Part shown: in pieces, positions 30,204 to 41,041 of the stretch | Position numbering within the stretch: position 1 is the stretch's first letter | How the letters are laid out: each line of letters starts with the position of its first letter | From: an uncultured Candidatus Binatia bacterium | Lineage (GTDB): Bacteria > Desulfobacterota > Binatia > UBA9968 > CAXXLF01 | Length of the DNA: 64,000 nt | Assembly (NCBI GenBank): GCA_965218425.1 | Contig: OZ244621.1 | Location: forward strand, 1,472,001 to 1,536,000 | Direction: 5' to 3' | Program-made: the position numbers and the translations under genes | Notes under the pieces: model-generated | Seen by the model: only the letters and a program-made list of their open reading frames with translations | The model's database searches: none | What the model was told of the DNA's origin: nothing

Positions 30204-32423
30204 CTAACCCTGCGCCAGTTTATCTTTTAGACCGGTAAACCGATGGTCTTCACGAACGTTCCTGATGGCCATCCAAAGGGCCTTCTTGCTCCCCACCAAG
30301 ACCACCAGCTCTTTTCCTCGGGTTACGGCGGTGTATAGGATGCTTCGGTGTAACATTGGATAGTGAGAATTGTGCAGGGGGATCACAATGCCAGGGTACT
30401 CGCTTCCCTGACTCTTGTGGACTGAGGTTGCGTAGGCCAGGGCAATCTCGTCCAGCTCGTCGAAATCGTAGGAAACCAACGTCCCGTCAAAGTTGATTCT
30501 GAGTTTTTCCCCTTCCCTGTTAATATCCTCGATTCGTCCCAAGTCACCGTTGAACACGCTTTTCTCGTAGTTGTTTCTGAGCTGCATCACCTTGTCACCA
30601 GTCCGAAAAACCCATTTACCTCTCTCTATGGAGTCCCCAGTAGGATTGAGGAGATCTTGGAGTTGCTGGTTGAGATTGATGGTTCCCAGCAGCCCTCGGT
30701 TCATGGGGCTCAAGACCTGTACCGCACGCTCTGGTCGGTCGCGAAACAACCGGGGGATGCGTTCTTTGACCAACTCTTTTAGGGTTTCCAGGATCTCTTC
30801 CGGGTTTTCCCGTTGGACGAAAACAAAATCAGGTGTCCCTTGATCATTTTCCAGCAGCAAAGTTTCCCCTTGAAGGATTCGATGTGCGTTGACAACGATC
30901 AGGCTTTCCCCCGATTGGCGGAAGATATGCTGCAACACCACGACTGGGACGACCCTGGATTCGATGAGGTCTTTGAGTACATTTCCAGGCCCCACCGAGG
31001 GGAGCTGATCCACGTCACCGATGAGGATGAGATGGCTGTGAGATCGCACCGCCCTCAGCAGATGGTCCATGAGAGGAAGATCCACCATGGAGGCTTCGTC
31101 GATGATGACCACGTCCACGTCCAGTGGACTTTTCTCACTGCGTTGGAACCCACCATCCCGAGGGCTGAACTCGAGAAGACGGTGGATGGTCTTGGCTTGT
31201 ACCCTTGCCATTTCCCCCATCTTCTTGGCCGCCCTACCCGTGGGCGCCGCAAGGACAAAAGAAACATCACCATGCCGAAACAGGGTCAAGAGGTGGCTGA
31301 GCAGCGTCGTTTTTCCAGTTCCCGGTCCACCGGTGATGATGGAGACCTTATGCCTCAATGCCTGGAGGATCGCCTTTTGTTGTTTATCCTCCAGCAATAG
31401 CTCCACGGACCCATGGCTTTGTTCCAGGCTCCTCATTCTGGTCGACGACAAGAAGGACTGATTCGAGATTAGACGATGTATGGCCGCAGCAACGTTCTGC
31501 TCCGCTTGAAAGAGAAGGCGGGGATAAATTCTACTGGATTCCTCTGTGCCGGGCTCCTTGACAACTTTTCGTTCTGCCACAAGTTCCCGGATGGCGCCGT
31601 CAATGACCGCCTCGTCCAAACTTAAGAGGGACATCGTATTGGACTTGAGAGAGGCCAGGGGCACAAAGCAATGCCCCTGTTCGGACAGCTTTGACAGGAT
31701 GTGGAGGATACCTGCCCGCACCCTCAGTGGCGAATCTCCTTTTATACCCAATCCCTCGGCAATCCGGTCCGCGATGATAAAGCCAATCCCATAGATTTCA
31801 TCGGCTAGGCTGTAGGGATTCCCCTTCACCTTAGCGACCGTCTCAGGCCCCAGGGCACGATAGATTCTAATGGCGAGGGAACTGCCCACCCCATGGCCTT
31901 GCAGGAAAACCATGGCCTCCTGCATGCCTTTTTGCTTCGCCCATGCCTGCATGATCTTGTGCCAGCGGCCTCTACCGATTCCCTCCACCTCGAGTATACG
32001 GTGGGGTTGCTGTGAAAGGACCCTCAAGGTATCAAGCCCAAAGGAGGAAACCAGGCGTCGGGCATAGGTGGGGCCCAGTCCTTTAATCAAGCCCGATCCC
32101 AGGTATCTTTCGATCCCTTCCAATGTGGCGGGCTCGATCTTCTGCCAATGCTCCGCCTGAAATTGGAGACCGTAACGAGGGTGCATTTTCCATAGACCGC
32201 TAACCCGCACTTCCTCTCCTTCACTGATGGGAAAGATTTCCCCCACCACAGTCACATCATGAAAACCTTTTACCTCCAAGCGAAGCACCGTATAGCGCCC
32301 ATCCGGGTTCTGGAAAGTGACCTTGGCGACGGTACCCTGGAGGGTTGAACTCTCACCAGGGCTGGGAAGGGGGCCTTTTCGTTCGGGAAAGAGCCCATCC
32401 ATGGAATTTTTGCTCGAACTCAC
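30204..32423 (-). CDS. recD2: ATP-dependent RecD-like helicase
   Basis: HPRYGLQF, HhH motifs, TGGPGTGKTT, DEASMVD, LAYATSVHKSQGSE. Confidence 0.95.
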   Translation of the reverse strand: MSSSKNSMDGLFPERKGPLPSPGESSTLQGTVAKVTFQNPDGRYTVLRLEVKGFHDVTVVGEIFPISEGEEVRVSGLWKMHPRYGLQFQAEHWQKIEPATLEGIERYLGSGLIKGLGPTYARRLVSSFGLDTLRVLSQQPHRILEVEGIGRGRWHKIMQAWAKQKGMQEAMVFLQGHGVGSSLAIRIYRALGPETVAKVKGNPYSLADEIYGIGFIIADRIAEGLGIKGDSPLRVRAGILHILSKLSEQGHCFVPLASLKSNTMSLLSLDEAVIDGAIRELVAERKVVKEPGTEESSRIYPRLLFQAEQNVAAAIHRLISNQSFLSSTRMRSLEQSHGSVELLLEDKQQKAILQALRHKVSIITGGPGTGKTTLLSHLLTLFRHGDVSFVLAAPTGRAAKKMGEMARVQAKTIHRLLEFSPRDGGFQRSEKSPLDVDVVIIDEASMVDLPLMDHLLRAVRSHSHLILIGDVDQLPSVGPGNVLKDLIESRVVPVVVLQHIFRQSGESLIVVNAHRILQGETLLLENDQGTPDFVFVQRENPEEILETLKELVKERIPRLFRDRPERAVQVLSPMNRGLLGTINLNQQLQDLLNPTGDSIERGKWVFRTGDKVMQLRNNYEKSVFNGDLGRIEDINREGEKLRINFDGTLVSYDFDELDEIALAYATSVHKSQGSEYPGIVIPLHNSHYPMLHRSILYTAVTRGKELVVLVGSKKALWMAIRNVREDHRFTGLKDKLAQG

Positions 32424-32533
32424 CCGCTCATCCTACTTCATCAGGATAGAGTCTGGAAAGAGGGACTTGTAATTTTTCGTCTATGGTCATAGATTCTAAG
32501 AATAGGGGTTAGACCCCAGAAGAGGTATGTCGT

Positions 32534-32698
32534 ATGCCAAATGATGAGTATCGGTGCGCCGAATTTCACAGGAAGCATCCACTCGAATTGAGCACGAAGC
32601 AGCAAGACTCCAACAGGGTCAAGGGTCCCAAACGCGGCTTCGGGAGGCTGAATCAGCTTATTACCTCCGTCTATGCTCGAATTTCTTCTGAAACCTAA
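32534..32698 (+). pseudogene. Degenerate FmdB-family zinc-ribbon protein (54 aa)
   Basis: MPNDEYRCAEF...VKGPKRG..RLNQLITS aligns to MPxYEYxCxxC...CPxCG; 3 of 4 Cys lost; below the ORF-track cutoff. Confidence 0.55.
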
Positions 32699-32897
32699 CG
32701 GTTGTCCCGCACCAACCTCTAGTGACTTCCGACGAAACGTCTCTCTCTGTTTATCCCGAACCACAGAACGCCCCACGCGTAAGTGCGGAGGTGTTTTTTG
32801 GACTCCGAGCAAGGGCAGTGCCACAAAGTCACGGGGAAGAGTCCGTGGTACGGGGATTACCTTCTAAGAATGTAGGGAAAGGGCAGGATAGCGATTT

Positions 32898-34214
32898 ATG
32901 TTCCTAGAAAGTTTTTGGTATGAAGTGGTCCTTATTTTCGGCCTCATCTTGGCCAACGGATTTTTCGCCGCCTCGGAGATCGCCATAATTGCAACTCGCA
33001 AGACCCGTATTGACGCCCTCTTGGATAAGGGAGTCCGGGCTGCTGCCGCCGTGGCCCGCTTGAAAAACGATCCGGACCGTTTCCTTGCCACCGTGCAGAT
33101 CGGCATTACCATGGTTGGAACCCTCGCATCCGCCATTGGCGGCGCCGCCGCCGTGCAATACCTCACACCATTGTTCAAGTCCCAAGACCTACCATGGATT
33201 GCGGAGTGGGGGGAATCCTTGGCAATCCTCTCGGTGGCACTCCCCATTGCCTATTTTTCTCTGGTGTTAGGGGAGCTTTTTCCTAAGTCCTTGGCGCTGA
33301 GGTTTTCCGAACGGATCGCCTTTTTTGTGGCACGGCCCATCGACTTGCTTTCCCGACTCACTTCTATACTTGTCAAAATTCTAACCGGCTCCAGTAACCT
33401 GCTTCTATGGATTTTCGGCGGGGGAAAGAATGCTCAAGGGGCCAGTTTCATCTCTGAAGAGGAAGTGAAGTCCTTGATCCGGGAAGGCGCCGCCAAGGGT
33501 ATCTTTGATGAGACGGAAAAGGAACTGATCCACAGCGTCTTTGAGTTTGTGGACACCCCGGTCAAGGCGGTGATGGTGCCCAGAACGGAGATCCATGCCA
33601 TCGATATCAAGATCCCCCCCGAGGAGGTCATGCGGAGTTTCGTGGAAAGCGGGTTCTCACGTATTCCGGTCTTTGAAGAGTCAATGGATCGAGTGGTGGG
33701 CATCCTGTACAACAAAGATCTCTTCCGCGCCTTGCAAGAGAAAGAACCTTTTCAAATACGCAATCACTTGCATCCTCCTTTTTTTGTCCCTGGCTCACTT
33801 CCCATTAGCCAATTTCTTAAGGACCTACAGAGACGAAGGATTGCCATGGCTATCGTGGTCAACGAGTTCGGCGAGGTGGAGGGTCTTGCCACCATTGAAG
33901 ACTTACTCGAAGAAATCGTCGGGGAAATTCGCGATGAGTATGATCGCGAAGAAAAAGGACCTGTGGAGCGGCTACCGGACGGTTCCATGGTCATTCAGGG
34001 TTCGGCATTGCTAAAGGACCTCAGGTCGGATTACGGCGTCCCGTTGGAAGACTCACCTGACTACCGAACCCTTGCGGGTTTCGTCTTATCCAAATTAAAA
34101 CGAATTCCGAGGGGAGGAGAGAGGGTGGAACACGAAAGTTACAGGCTTACCATTGTGGATATGGAGGGGCAGCGGATTGTAAAGATCAGGTTGGAGGAGG
34201 CGCGAAAAAGCTAA
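32898..34214 (+). CDS. CNNM/CBS/CorC_HlyC (hemolysin-family) protein
   Basis: NGFFAASEIA, QIGIT, GELFPK, MVPRTE, FSRIPV, IEDLLEEIVGEI. Confidence 0.93.
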   Translation: MFLESFWYEVVLIFGLILANGFFAASEIAIIATRKTRIDALLDKGVRAAAAVARLKNDPDRFLATVQIGITMVGTLASAIGGAAAVQYLTPLFKSQDLPWIAEWGESLAILSVALPIAYFSLVLGELFPKSLALRFSERIAFFVARPIDLLSRLTSILVKILTGSSNLLLWIFGGGKNAQGASFISEEEVKSLIREGAAKGIFDETEKELIHSVFEFVDTPVKAVMVPRTEIHAIDIKIPPEEVMRSFVESGFSRIPVFEESMDRVVGILYNKDLFRALQEKEPFQIRNHLHPPFFVPGSLPISQFLKDLQRRRIAMAIVVNEFGEVEGLATIEDLLEEIVGEIRDEYDREEKGPVERLPDGSMVIQGSALLKDLRSDYGVPLEDSPDYRTLAGFVLSKLKRIPRGGERVEHESYRLTIVDMEGQRIVKIRLEEARKS

Positions 34215-34227
34215 AGATCACTGACCC

Positions 34228-35292
34228 TTACATAGACTCCAATATGGCCGTCATCTCACGAACAAAGGCGTCAGTCTCCTGCGGGGTTCCCACTGTGATC
34301 CGCAGCGTGTCACGGAGCTGTGGAACATCGAAGTAACGGACCAAGATTTTACGCCTTTTCAACTCTTCGTAGATTCCCCTCAGATTTTCCCCTCGCTTTC
34401 GTACCAGCACAAAGTTCGCCTGTGAAGGATAGACTGTAAAGCCTAATCCCTTTAACGATTGGGACAGTTTCTTACGTGTCCTCTGCACCCTTTTCACATT
34501 CCTGAGCATCCAGGGAAGATCATTCAGTGCGGCCATAGCCGAGACAAGACTCAAGCTGTTCAAATTGTAAGAGTCTTTGATCTTGATCATGGCTTGAATG
34601 ATCTCTTCAGGGGCAAAGGCAAGCCCCACCCGCATGCCCGCAAGGGAAAATGCCTTCGAAAAACTCCTGAGCACCACGAGGTTAGAATGGCGGGGAATCA
34701 ATTGTACGGCGGAGGCATCCTTGCGTTCGGCGAAATCAATATAGGCCTCATCCACCATCAACACACCAGAGACGGAACGCGCCAATCGTTCAACCTCGTC
34801 CAAGGGGACCAGGGTACCGGATGGTGAGTTAGGATTTGCGAGGATAGTGAGCGAACCTGCCTCAGAAAAGAGTTTCTCAGGAAGAGTAAAGTCGGGTTGA
34901 TAATCCACGGTGATTTTTTCTCCCTCCTGAATGGCTATAAGGGTATCATAGAGGGTGTAGGTTGGTACGGGAAAGACCACTCGATCTCCCTTTCCTACCA
35001 GGCAGCGGGCTAAGATCGCCAAGAGCTCGTCTGAGCCATTGCCGACAAGCACATTCACTGCCCCCCCCCCGTAAATACTGGCTGCCAGGTCCCTCAGCCC
35101 ATAGGAAAGAGGGTCCGGATATAGGCGCAGGGAGGGGTTTACGGCCTTACGTAAGGCCCTAAGGACACGGGGAGACGGAGGGTAGGGATTCTCGTTGGTA
35201 TTAAGTTTAACGAATTCACCAGCTTGCGGCTGTTCCCCGGGACTGTAACCTGCCATAGCGGCGATATTTTTTCTTAACGGAAATGGCACCAT
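34228..35292 (-). CDS. hisC: Histidinol-phosphate aminotransferase
   Basis: KLNTNENPYPP, GNGSDE, NPNSPSG, DEAY, RSFSKAFSLAGMRVG. Confidence 0.93.
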   Translation of the reverse strand: MVPFPLRKNIAAMAGYSPGEQPQAGEFVKLNTNENPYPPSPRVLRALRKAVNPSLRLYPDPLSYGLRDLAASIYGGGAVNVLVGNGSDELLAILARCLVGKGDRVVFPVPTYTLYDTLIAIQEGEKITVDYQPDFTLPEKLFSEAGSLTILANPNSPSGTLVPLDEVERLARSVSGVLMVDEAYIDFAERKDASAVQLIPRHSNLVVLRSFSKAFSLAGMRVGLAFAPEEIIQAMIKIKDSYNLNSLSLVSAMAALNDLPWMLRNVKRVQRTRKKLSQSLKGLGFTVYPSQANFVLVRKRGENLRGIYEELKRRKILVRYFDVPQLRDTLRITVGTPQETDAFVREMTAILESM

Positions 35293-35371
35293 CCGTGATT
35301 TTAGCCTCACCCGCGAGCCGTTGCAACATAAACTTTGCAACGGAGGCGTGATTTTGGTAACTTATTAATAA

Positions 35372-36360
35372 ATGGAGAAAAAACGGATCTCCACGGGTAT
35401 TCCTCACCCTGATCCTCTGATTGGAGGAGGGTCCCCTTCATACCAATCCTATCCGGTCACTGGAAAGCCTGGGACGGTGAAGAGTATTTTCCGCGTCCAG
35501 TTTGTGCTTAACGGCCTAATGAACGGAGAAAAGGCCGTATATGTCGGGGTGGACGAAAAACCCGCAGGCTATCCACCCAACGTCGGGTGGAGAAAGCTGA
35601 GGACGGAAAACCAGTACTACCAGGACGAAAAACGATGGCTCGCGGCGGCTTTGTTGGAATCCCCAGAAGGCATATTCGTAGCCGACCAGGATGGCCGAAT
35701 CGTTTTTACGAACCCTGAACTGGAAGGCTTTCTCGGTTATGCAGATGAAGAGTTCGTTGGAGAGTCCATTGAGCGGGTACTCTCCTCTTTTCAAACCAAC
35801 GAATCCTTTTGGACGGAAGTCTCCGAACCGTTTCCACATAAACCATGGCAGGGAACGTGATCCTGAGGAAAAAAGATGGCTCAGATTCCACGGTCAAGAC
35901 AAAAATGACCCAATTCCTCGATGAGGCAGGTGAAACCACCACCTTGATAGGTTTCTGCCTGAACTCAACAGAGGATAAATCAGAACCTAAAACGGCAGCT
36001 TCGCCTTTGGTTCAATCTTCACAGACGTCCGCCGATGAGGTCCTAGGCGCGATTACTGGGAATCTGAAGTCTCCTTTAGCTGCGATGCTCGGCTACCTCG
36101 AGATGGCACTCACCATCGGTGCAGGCCGGGCTGAAGCCCATCAACTTTTTTCCACCAAACGGGTTGAGGTCTTGGCCAAACGCCTATACGACCTTGTGAA
36201 CAACCACACCGAAGCTATCGACATAGAAGAGGGTAAGTTTGAAGTCCAAAAGGCGCCCATGCAAATGGCTCGTATCGTGGACCAGGCGGTAAAAGATCGA
36301 GAGCGTGAGGCTAACGTTAACAAGATTACGATTGTTCAAGAGATAGCGACGGACCCATAA
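35372..36360 (+). pseudogene. Chimeric remnant: degenerate KaiC/RAD55 N-terminus joined to PAS-PAC-HisKA, frameshifted, no HATPase domain
   Basis: RISTGIP..D.LIGGG...VTGKPGTVKS; then PAS (GIFVADQDGRIVFTN); frame change near 35850; NLKSPLAAMLGY. Confidence 0.7.
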
Positions 36361-36471
36361 TCCCGACGCCCTTCAATCCAGACTCGGGATTTACCGCCCG
36401 CTCCTTGCTTTTTCCCGTTTTCATTCAGATCAAACCTTAAAACCATTGATAATCCCATCCGCGTATAATAA

Positions 36472-37656
36472 GTGAAAAAGATGCCCACAGATTTCATTGC
36501 CACAGAGTTGACCGAGATCAAGCACCAGGGGCTGTACCGACAGATGCGTCAAGTGGATGGGGAACAGGGACCCTCCATCCTTCTCGACGGTCGAGAGGTC
36601 TTGAATTTCTCCTCCAATAATTACCTCGGTCTAGCCAATCACCCCGCGTTACAAACGGCGGCCAAGGAAGCCTTGGAGCGATACGGCTGCGGCGCCGGAG
36701 CCTCCCGGTTGATTTCAGGAAACATGACTCTCCATCTGGAGTTGGAGGAAAGCATTGCCAAACTCAAGGGCACGGAATCGGCGCTCGTCTTTAACTCCGG
36801 TTTTCAGGCAAACGTCGGTATCCTTTCAACCCTGCTGGGAGAGGGGGATATGATATTCAGTGACGCCCTGAATCATGCAAGCATCATTGACGGTTGCCGT
36901 CTTTCACGGGCGAAGGTTGTAGTTTATCCCCATTGTAATCTAACCCACCTCGAGGCCGCCCTTAAGAAAGCACCTCAAAAGGCCAGGAAGTTGATCGTTA
37001 CTGAGACGGTCTTCAGCATGGATGGAGACATCGCACCCATGGAAGAGATCGTGAATCTGGCGGAGCATCACGGCGCCATGATCATGGTAGATGAGGCCCA
37101 TGCCACTGGGGTCTATGGTCCCAATGGAGCAGGGGTTGTGGCAGAAATGGGTTTAAGGGATAGAGTGCTGGTTCAAATGGGAACTTTGGGAAAAGCCTTG
37201 GGGGGATTCGGGGCCTATGTGGCAGGTAAACGAAACCTGCGGGAGCTACTAATCAATCGTTGCCGGAGTTTTATTTTTACCACGGCTCTCCCACCGGTCA
37301 TGATGGCGGTGGCAATCACGGCCATTGATCTTCTAGAGAAAGAGCCTGAGAGGTCCTTTACCCTTTGGCGCAACAGCCAATACATGAGAAACGAACTTAA
37401 AGACCTCGGTTTTTCGCTGGGAAAGAGCAGCAGCCAGATTCTTCCCTTGATCATTGGCGACGCTGAGGACTGTATGAGTTTCTCCGAGTGCTTGCTCGCA
37501 AAGGGAGTCTATGCCCAAGGGATCCGACCGCCTACGGTTCAACCGGGGTCGGCGCGTCTACGCATTACTCCCATGGCGACCCATACCGATGAGCATCTCA
37601 AACACGCTATTCAGGCCTTCAAAGAGGTCAAGGAAGAAAATGAGCCCAGATTATGA
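36472..37656 (+). CDS. bioF: 8-amino-7-oxononanoate synthase
   Basis: FSSNNYLGL, GASRLISG, NHASIIDG, GTLGKALG, IRPPTV. Confidence 0.95.
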   Translation: MKKMPTDFIATELTEIKHQGLYRQMRQVDGEQGPSILLDGREVLNFSSNNYLGLANHPALQTAAKEALERYGCGAGASRLISGNMTLHLELEESIAKLKGTESALVFNSGFQANVGILSTLLGEGDMIFSDALNHASIIDGCRLSRAKVVVYPHCNLTHLEAALKKAPQKARKLIVTETVFSMDGDIAPMEEIVNLAEHHGAMIMVDEAHATGVYGPNGAGVVAEMGLRDRVLVQMGTLGKALGGFGAYVAGKRNLRELLINRCRSFIFTTALPPVMMAVAITAIDLLEKEPERSFTLWRNSQYMRNELKDLGFSLGKSSSQILPLIIGDAEDCMSFSECLLAKGVYAQGIRPPTVQPGSARLRITPMATHTDEHLKHAIQAFKEVKEENEPRL

Positions 37657-38998
37657 TGTGCTAAAAAGGCTGGACCACACCTATTTATGGCATCCATTTA
37701 CCCAGATGCAGGAATGGATGGAGGAGGAACCTTGCATTATCGCAACTGGGGATGGGTGTACTTTGACAGACATCCAGGGTAAAAAATACATCGACGGCGT
37801 CTCCTCCCTATGGTGCAATCTCCATGGCCATGGCAGGCGGGAGCTGAATGCGGCCCTGAAAACCCAGCTCGACGCAATCGCTCATTCTACCTTTCTCGGT
37901 CTCTCTCACGTTCCGGGCATCAGGCTCGCTGAAAGTTTGATCAAAGTTGCCCCGCCAGGGCTGCAACGGGTCTTCTACTTAGACGACGGTGCCACAGCGG
38001 TGGAAGCCGCTCTCAAAATCGCCGTCCAATACTGGCAACTCAAGGGGGAGAAGAACCGTACTCGGCTCGCTACCCTCGCAGAAGCCTATCATGGAGACAC
38101 TTTGGGTGCTGTGAGCCTCGGGTATTCTGAAATCTTTCACCGCTTTTACCGTCCGCTCCTTTTCTCCTCCCTGCGACTCACCCCCCCCCACATCTTTCGC
38201 TACTTCCAGAGGATGAATGAGCAAGAGGCCTTGCAAGCCGCCATTGAGGAAGCGGAGGAAAAAATCTCCGAGGAGAAGGACAATCTCGCGGCCTTGATCA
38301 TGGAACCGCTGATGCAGGGAGCCGCGGGAATGTGGGCGCAACCGTTGGGCTACGTTAAATCCATCAGTGACATCTGCCGCAGAAACGGAGTCCTTCTGAT
38401 TGTGGACGAGGTGGCCACGGGTTTTGGCCACACCGGTCGGATGTTCGCCTGTGAGCATGAAGGGGTAAGCCCCGATCTCCTCTGTGTAGCGAAGGGATTG
38501 ACCGGAGGCTATCTACCCTTAGCTGCGACTCTCGTCACGGAAGATATATTTTCAGCATTTCTTGGCGAGCACGGAGAGTTTAAAAGCTTTTTTCATGGAC
38601 ATACCTACACGGGGAACCCCCTGGGTTGCGCCGTGGCACTGGCCAGTCTGGAGCTCTTCCGAAGTGAGACGATTTTGGAAAGGATGCAGCCCAAGATCGG
38701 GATTCTCAAGAACCGGTTAGAAAATGATTTTTTACCCTTGCCTCATGTGGGTGATATCCGTCAATGGGGTTTCATGGTAGGCATCCAACTGGTGGCGGAA
38801 AAGGAAACCTTGAAGGAATATTCGCCAGAATCACGAACGGCTCACCGGGTCATCCTGGAAGCAAGGAAGCGGGGGGCGATTGTGCGTCCCTTGGGAGACG
38901 TCATTATATTAATGCCGCCACTGAGCATCACCGAAGGCGAAATGAAAGCACTCCTCGACGTGGTCCACGAATCCATCCGGCACGTCACCGAGGGTTAA
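37640..38998 (+). CDS. bioA: DAPA aminotransferase
   Basis: LWHPFTQM, SSLWCNLHGH, YHGDT, DEVATGFG, KGLTGGYLP. Confidence 0.95.
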   Translation: MSPDYDVLKRLDHTYLWHPFTQMQEWMEEEPCIIATGDGCTLTDIQGKKYIDGVSSLWCNLHGHGRRELNAALKTQLDAIAHSTFLGLSHVPGIRLAESLIKVAPPGLQRVFYLDDGATAVEAALKIAVQYWQLKGEKNRTRLATLAEAYHGDTLGAVSLGYSEIFHRFYRPLLFSSLRLTPPHIFRYFQRMNEQEALQAAIEEAEEKISEEKDNLAALIMEPLMQGAAGMWAQPLGYVKSISDICRRNGVLLIVDEVATGFGHTGRMFACEHEGVSPDLLCVAKGLTGGYLPLAATLVTEDIFSAFLGEHGEFKSFFHGHTYTGNPLGCAVALASLELFRSETILERMQPKIGILKNRLENDFLPLPHVGDIRQWGFMVGIQLVAEKETLKEYSPESRTAHRVILEARKRGAIVRPLGDVIILMPPLSITEGEMKALLDVVHESIRHVTEG

Positions 38999-39744
38999 TG
39001 GGAAAAGGACTCTTCATCACTGGAACAGACACGGGCGTTGGCAAAACCCTCGTCGCCTGTGGGCTAGCCAGCGCATTGCGGGAGCTGGGTTACAAGATCG
39101 GTGTCATGAAACCAGCGGAAACGGGTTGTCAAAACATAGAAGGGGAGCTATTTCCACAGGACGCCTTTTATCTAAAAGAGGCCTCAGGAAGCGAGGAGCC
39201 CCTCCATCGCATCTGCCCCTATCGCCTGTCCTCCCCCCTGGCCCCCAGTGTGGCCGCAGAGGAAGCCGGGATTGAAATCCATTTTTCCCTCCTCAACCGG
39301 TTATACAAAGAGATGAGTAGATCAAATGATTTAACTCTTGTGGAGGGAGCCGGGGGACTATCGGTTCCCCTCCATTCGCGTTCCACCTATACGGACCTGG
39401 TGCGTCGGCTGGACCTCCCCGTGATTGTAGTGGTGGCGAATCGTCTCGGGGCCATTAATCATACCCTGCTCACCTTAGAGCATGCTTCGCGCAATGGCAT
39501 TGAGGTGGTAGGATATATCGTTAATAACCTCGAAAGCCATCCCTCCCCTGCCGCGAAGACAAACACCAGATCGCTTAAAGCGCTAACCTCCATCACGTGC
39601 CTGGGAGAGATTCCGCACCTAACAGCGGCACAACTAAAGGGCGCCGGTACTGGCATCAAACCATCATTCCTGTCAACGATTTTCCAAGAGAATATCCAAC
39701 GCGCGCTTTTGGACCCTTTGTTGAAAGCCAAAGACCCTCCCTAA
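38998..39744 (+). CDS. bioD: Dethiobiotin synthase
   Basis: FITGTDTGVGKT, KPAETG, VEGAGG, LGAINHTLLT; TAATG overlap with bioA. Confidence 0.95.
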   Translation: MGKGLFITGTDTGVGKTLVACGLASALRELGYKIGVMKPAETGCQNIEGELFPQDAFYLKEASGSEEPLHRICPYRLSSPLAPSVAAEEAGIEIHFSLLNRLYKEMSRSNDLTLVEGAGGLSVPLHSRSTYTDLVRRLDLPVIVVVANRLGAINHTLLTLEHASRNGIEVVGYIVNNLESHPSPAAKTNTRSLKALTSITCLGEIPHLTAAQLKGAGTGIKPSFLSTIFQENIQRALLDPLLKAKDPP

Positions 39745-39877
39745 CAGGTGAGACGAGTGGCCTCCACATAGAAGTCACTCCCTGGGGTCTAGTCACCTCT
39801 CGGCCGGACTTCGAGAGAGTCCCGGTCAATTTCTAGGAGTTCCGTGGAAAAGACGTAAGTCTGGGGTTGCGGCTTTC

Positions 39878-41041
39878 TTACCCTTTGAAAACTTTGAAGA
39901 CCTCATCGTAGAGCACCTTCAATGGAATCCGTTTCCTTTCGGCAAGCATTTTTATCTCGTCGTATTCAGGAGTGGCCCTTTTCCTCTCGCCTGGCAAATC
40001 AACGATTTTGACGTTAATGGTCCCATACTTTGTTTTAACCCGTTGGGAAGACCGCTTTAGGACGACTCGACCGACCGGGTAATATCGGATCCCTATGGTG
40101 GAGGTCTCCTTGAATACAATTTCCGCGAGTTTGTCCTTGGTTGAGGGCTCAGCAATGATCCGGAGTAAAATACCAGGACGGTTCTTCTTCATCTGAATGG
40201 GCGAAAGAGAGATATCACGAGCCCCCGCCGCAAATAAACGATCCAAGACATAGTCGTAGATCTCGGGATTCATATCGTCGATGTTCGTCTCCATGACCAG
40301 CATCTCGTCCTCAACCCAGGTGGAAGTCTGTTCACCCAAGAGGACACGTACCAGATTGGGTCGGTCCGGGAACTCTCTTGCTCCCGCCCCATAACCGATT
40401 CTTTGGATGGTCATCTGCGGAATATCACCAACATGAGAAGCCAGGGCGCAAACGATAGCCGCACCTGTGGGAGTTATGGTTTCGCCATCCAGTTGGGTCC
40501 ATTGAACGGGAAGCCCTTTCAATAGTTCAAGTGTGGCGGGGGCCGGTAAGGGTAGAGGGCCGTGTCTAGAGCGAGTCAGACCTCGGCCGAGGGGGATACG
40601 AGAGAACACAAAGGAATCGATCTTCAGGTAATGGGTCCCTATGGCCACCGCCATAATATCGACAATCGAATCAACGGCACCCACCTCATGAAAGTGGACT
40701 TTTTCAGGTCGGACTCCGTGAATCTTTCCCTCCACCTCTGCAAGCTTGGCAAATATATCCAGCCCGCGCTCCTTAATCTCGGACTTGATGGAACTGCCTT
40801 TAATGAGCCCGTGAATTTCCTTCCAGCTCCGCTCATGATCTTTATCTGGGACCCCAACCCGAAAGCGCGTCGCTTGTATTCCATGGACAAGTTTTTTACT
40901 GACCTTGACGCTATATTTTACACCCCGCAGCTTGCCCAACTCTTGAGCTAGTTTTTGTCGGGAAAGACCCAGGTGGAGCAGGGCACCTACGGTCATGTCT
41001 CCACTCAACCCCGATATCAGATCAAAATAGGCTATTCTCAT
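39878..41041 (-). CDS. larC: Nickel pincer cofactor biosynthesis protein
   Basis: SGLSGDM, VHFHEVGAVDSIVD, TPTGAA, ETNIDD, MKKNRPG, PEYDE. Confidence 0.93.
   Translation of the reverse strand: MRIAYFDLISGLSGDMTVGALLHLGLSRQKLAQELGKLRGVKYSVKVSKKLVHGIQATRFRVGVPDKDHERSWKEIHGLIKGSSIKSEIKERGLDIFAKLAEVEGKIHGVRPEKVHFHEVGAVDSIVDIMAVAIGTHYLKIDSFVFSRIPLGRGLTRSRHGPLPLPAPATLELLKGLPVQWTQLDGETITPTGAAIVCALASHVGDIPQMTIQRIGYGAGAREFPDRPNLVRVLLGEQTSTWVEDEMLVMETNIDDMNPEIYDYVLDRLFAAGARDISLSPIQMKKNRPGILLRIIAEPSTKDKLAEIVFKETSTIGIRYYPVGRVVLKRSSQRVKTKYGTINVKIVDLPGERKRATPEYDEIKMLAERKRIPLKVLYDEVFKVFKG

Noticed and set aside
32700..32760. Hammerhead-like ribozyme near GACGAAAC
   Set aside because: No correctly placed CTGANGA core or flanking stems
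35061..35070. C10 tract in hisC as a phase-variation switch
   Set aside because: The frame is intact and spacing to GNGSDE looks normal; no evidence of variation from one sequence
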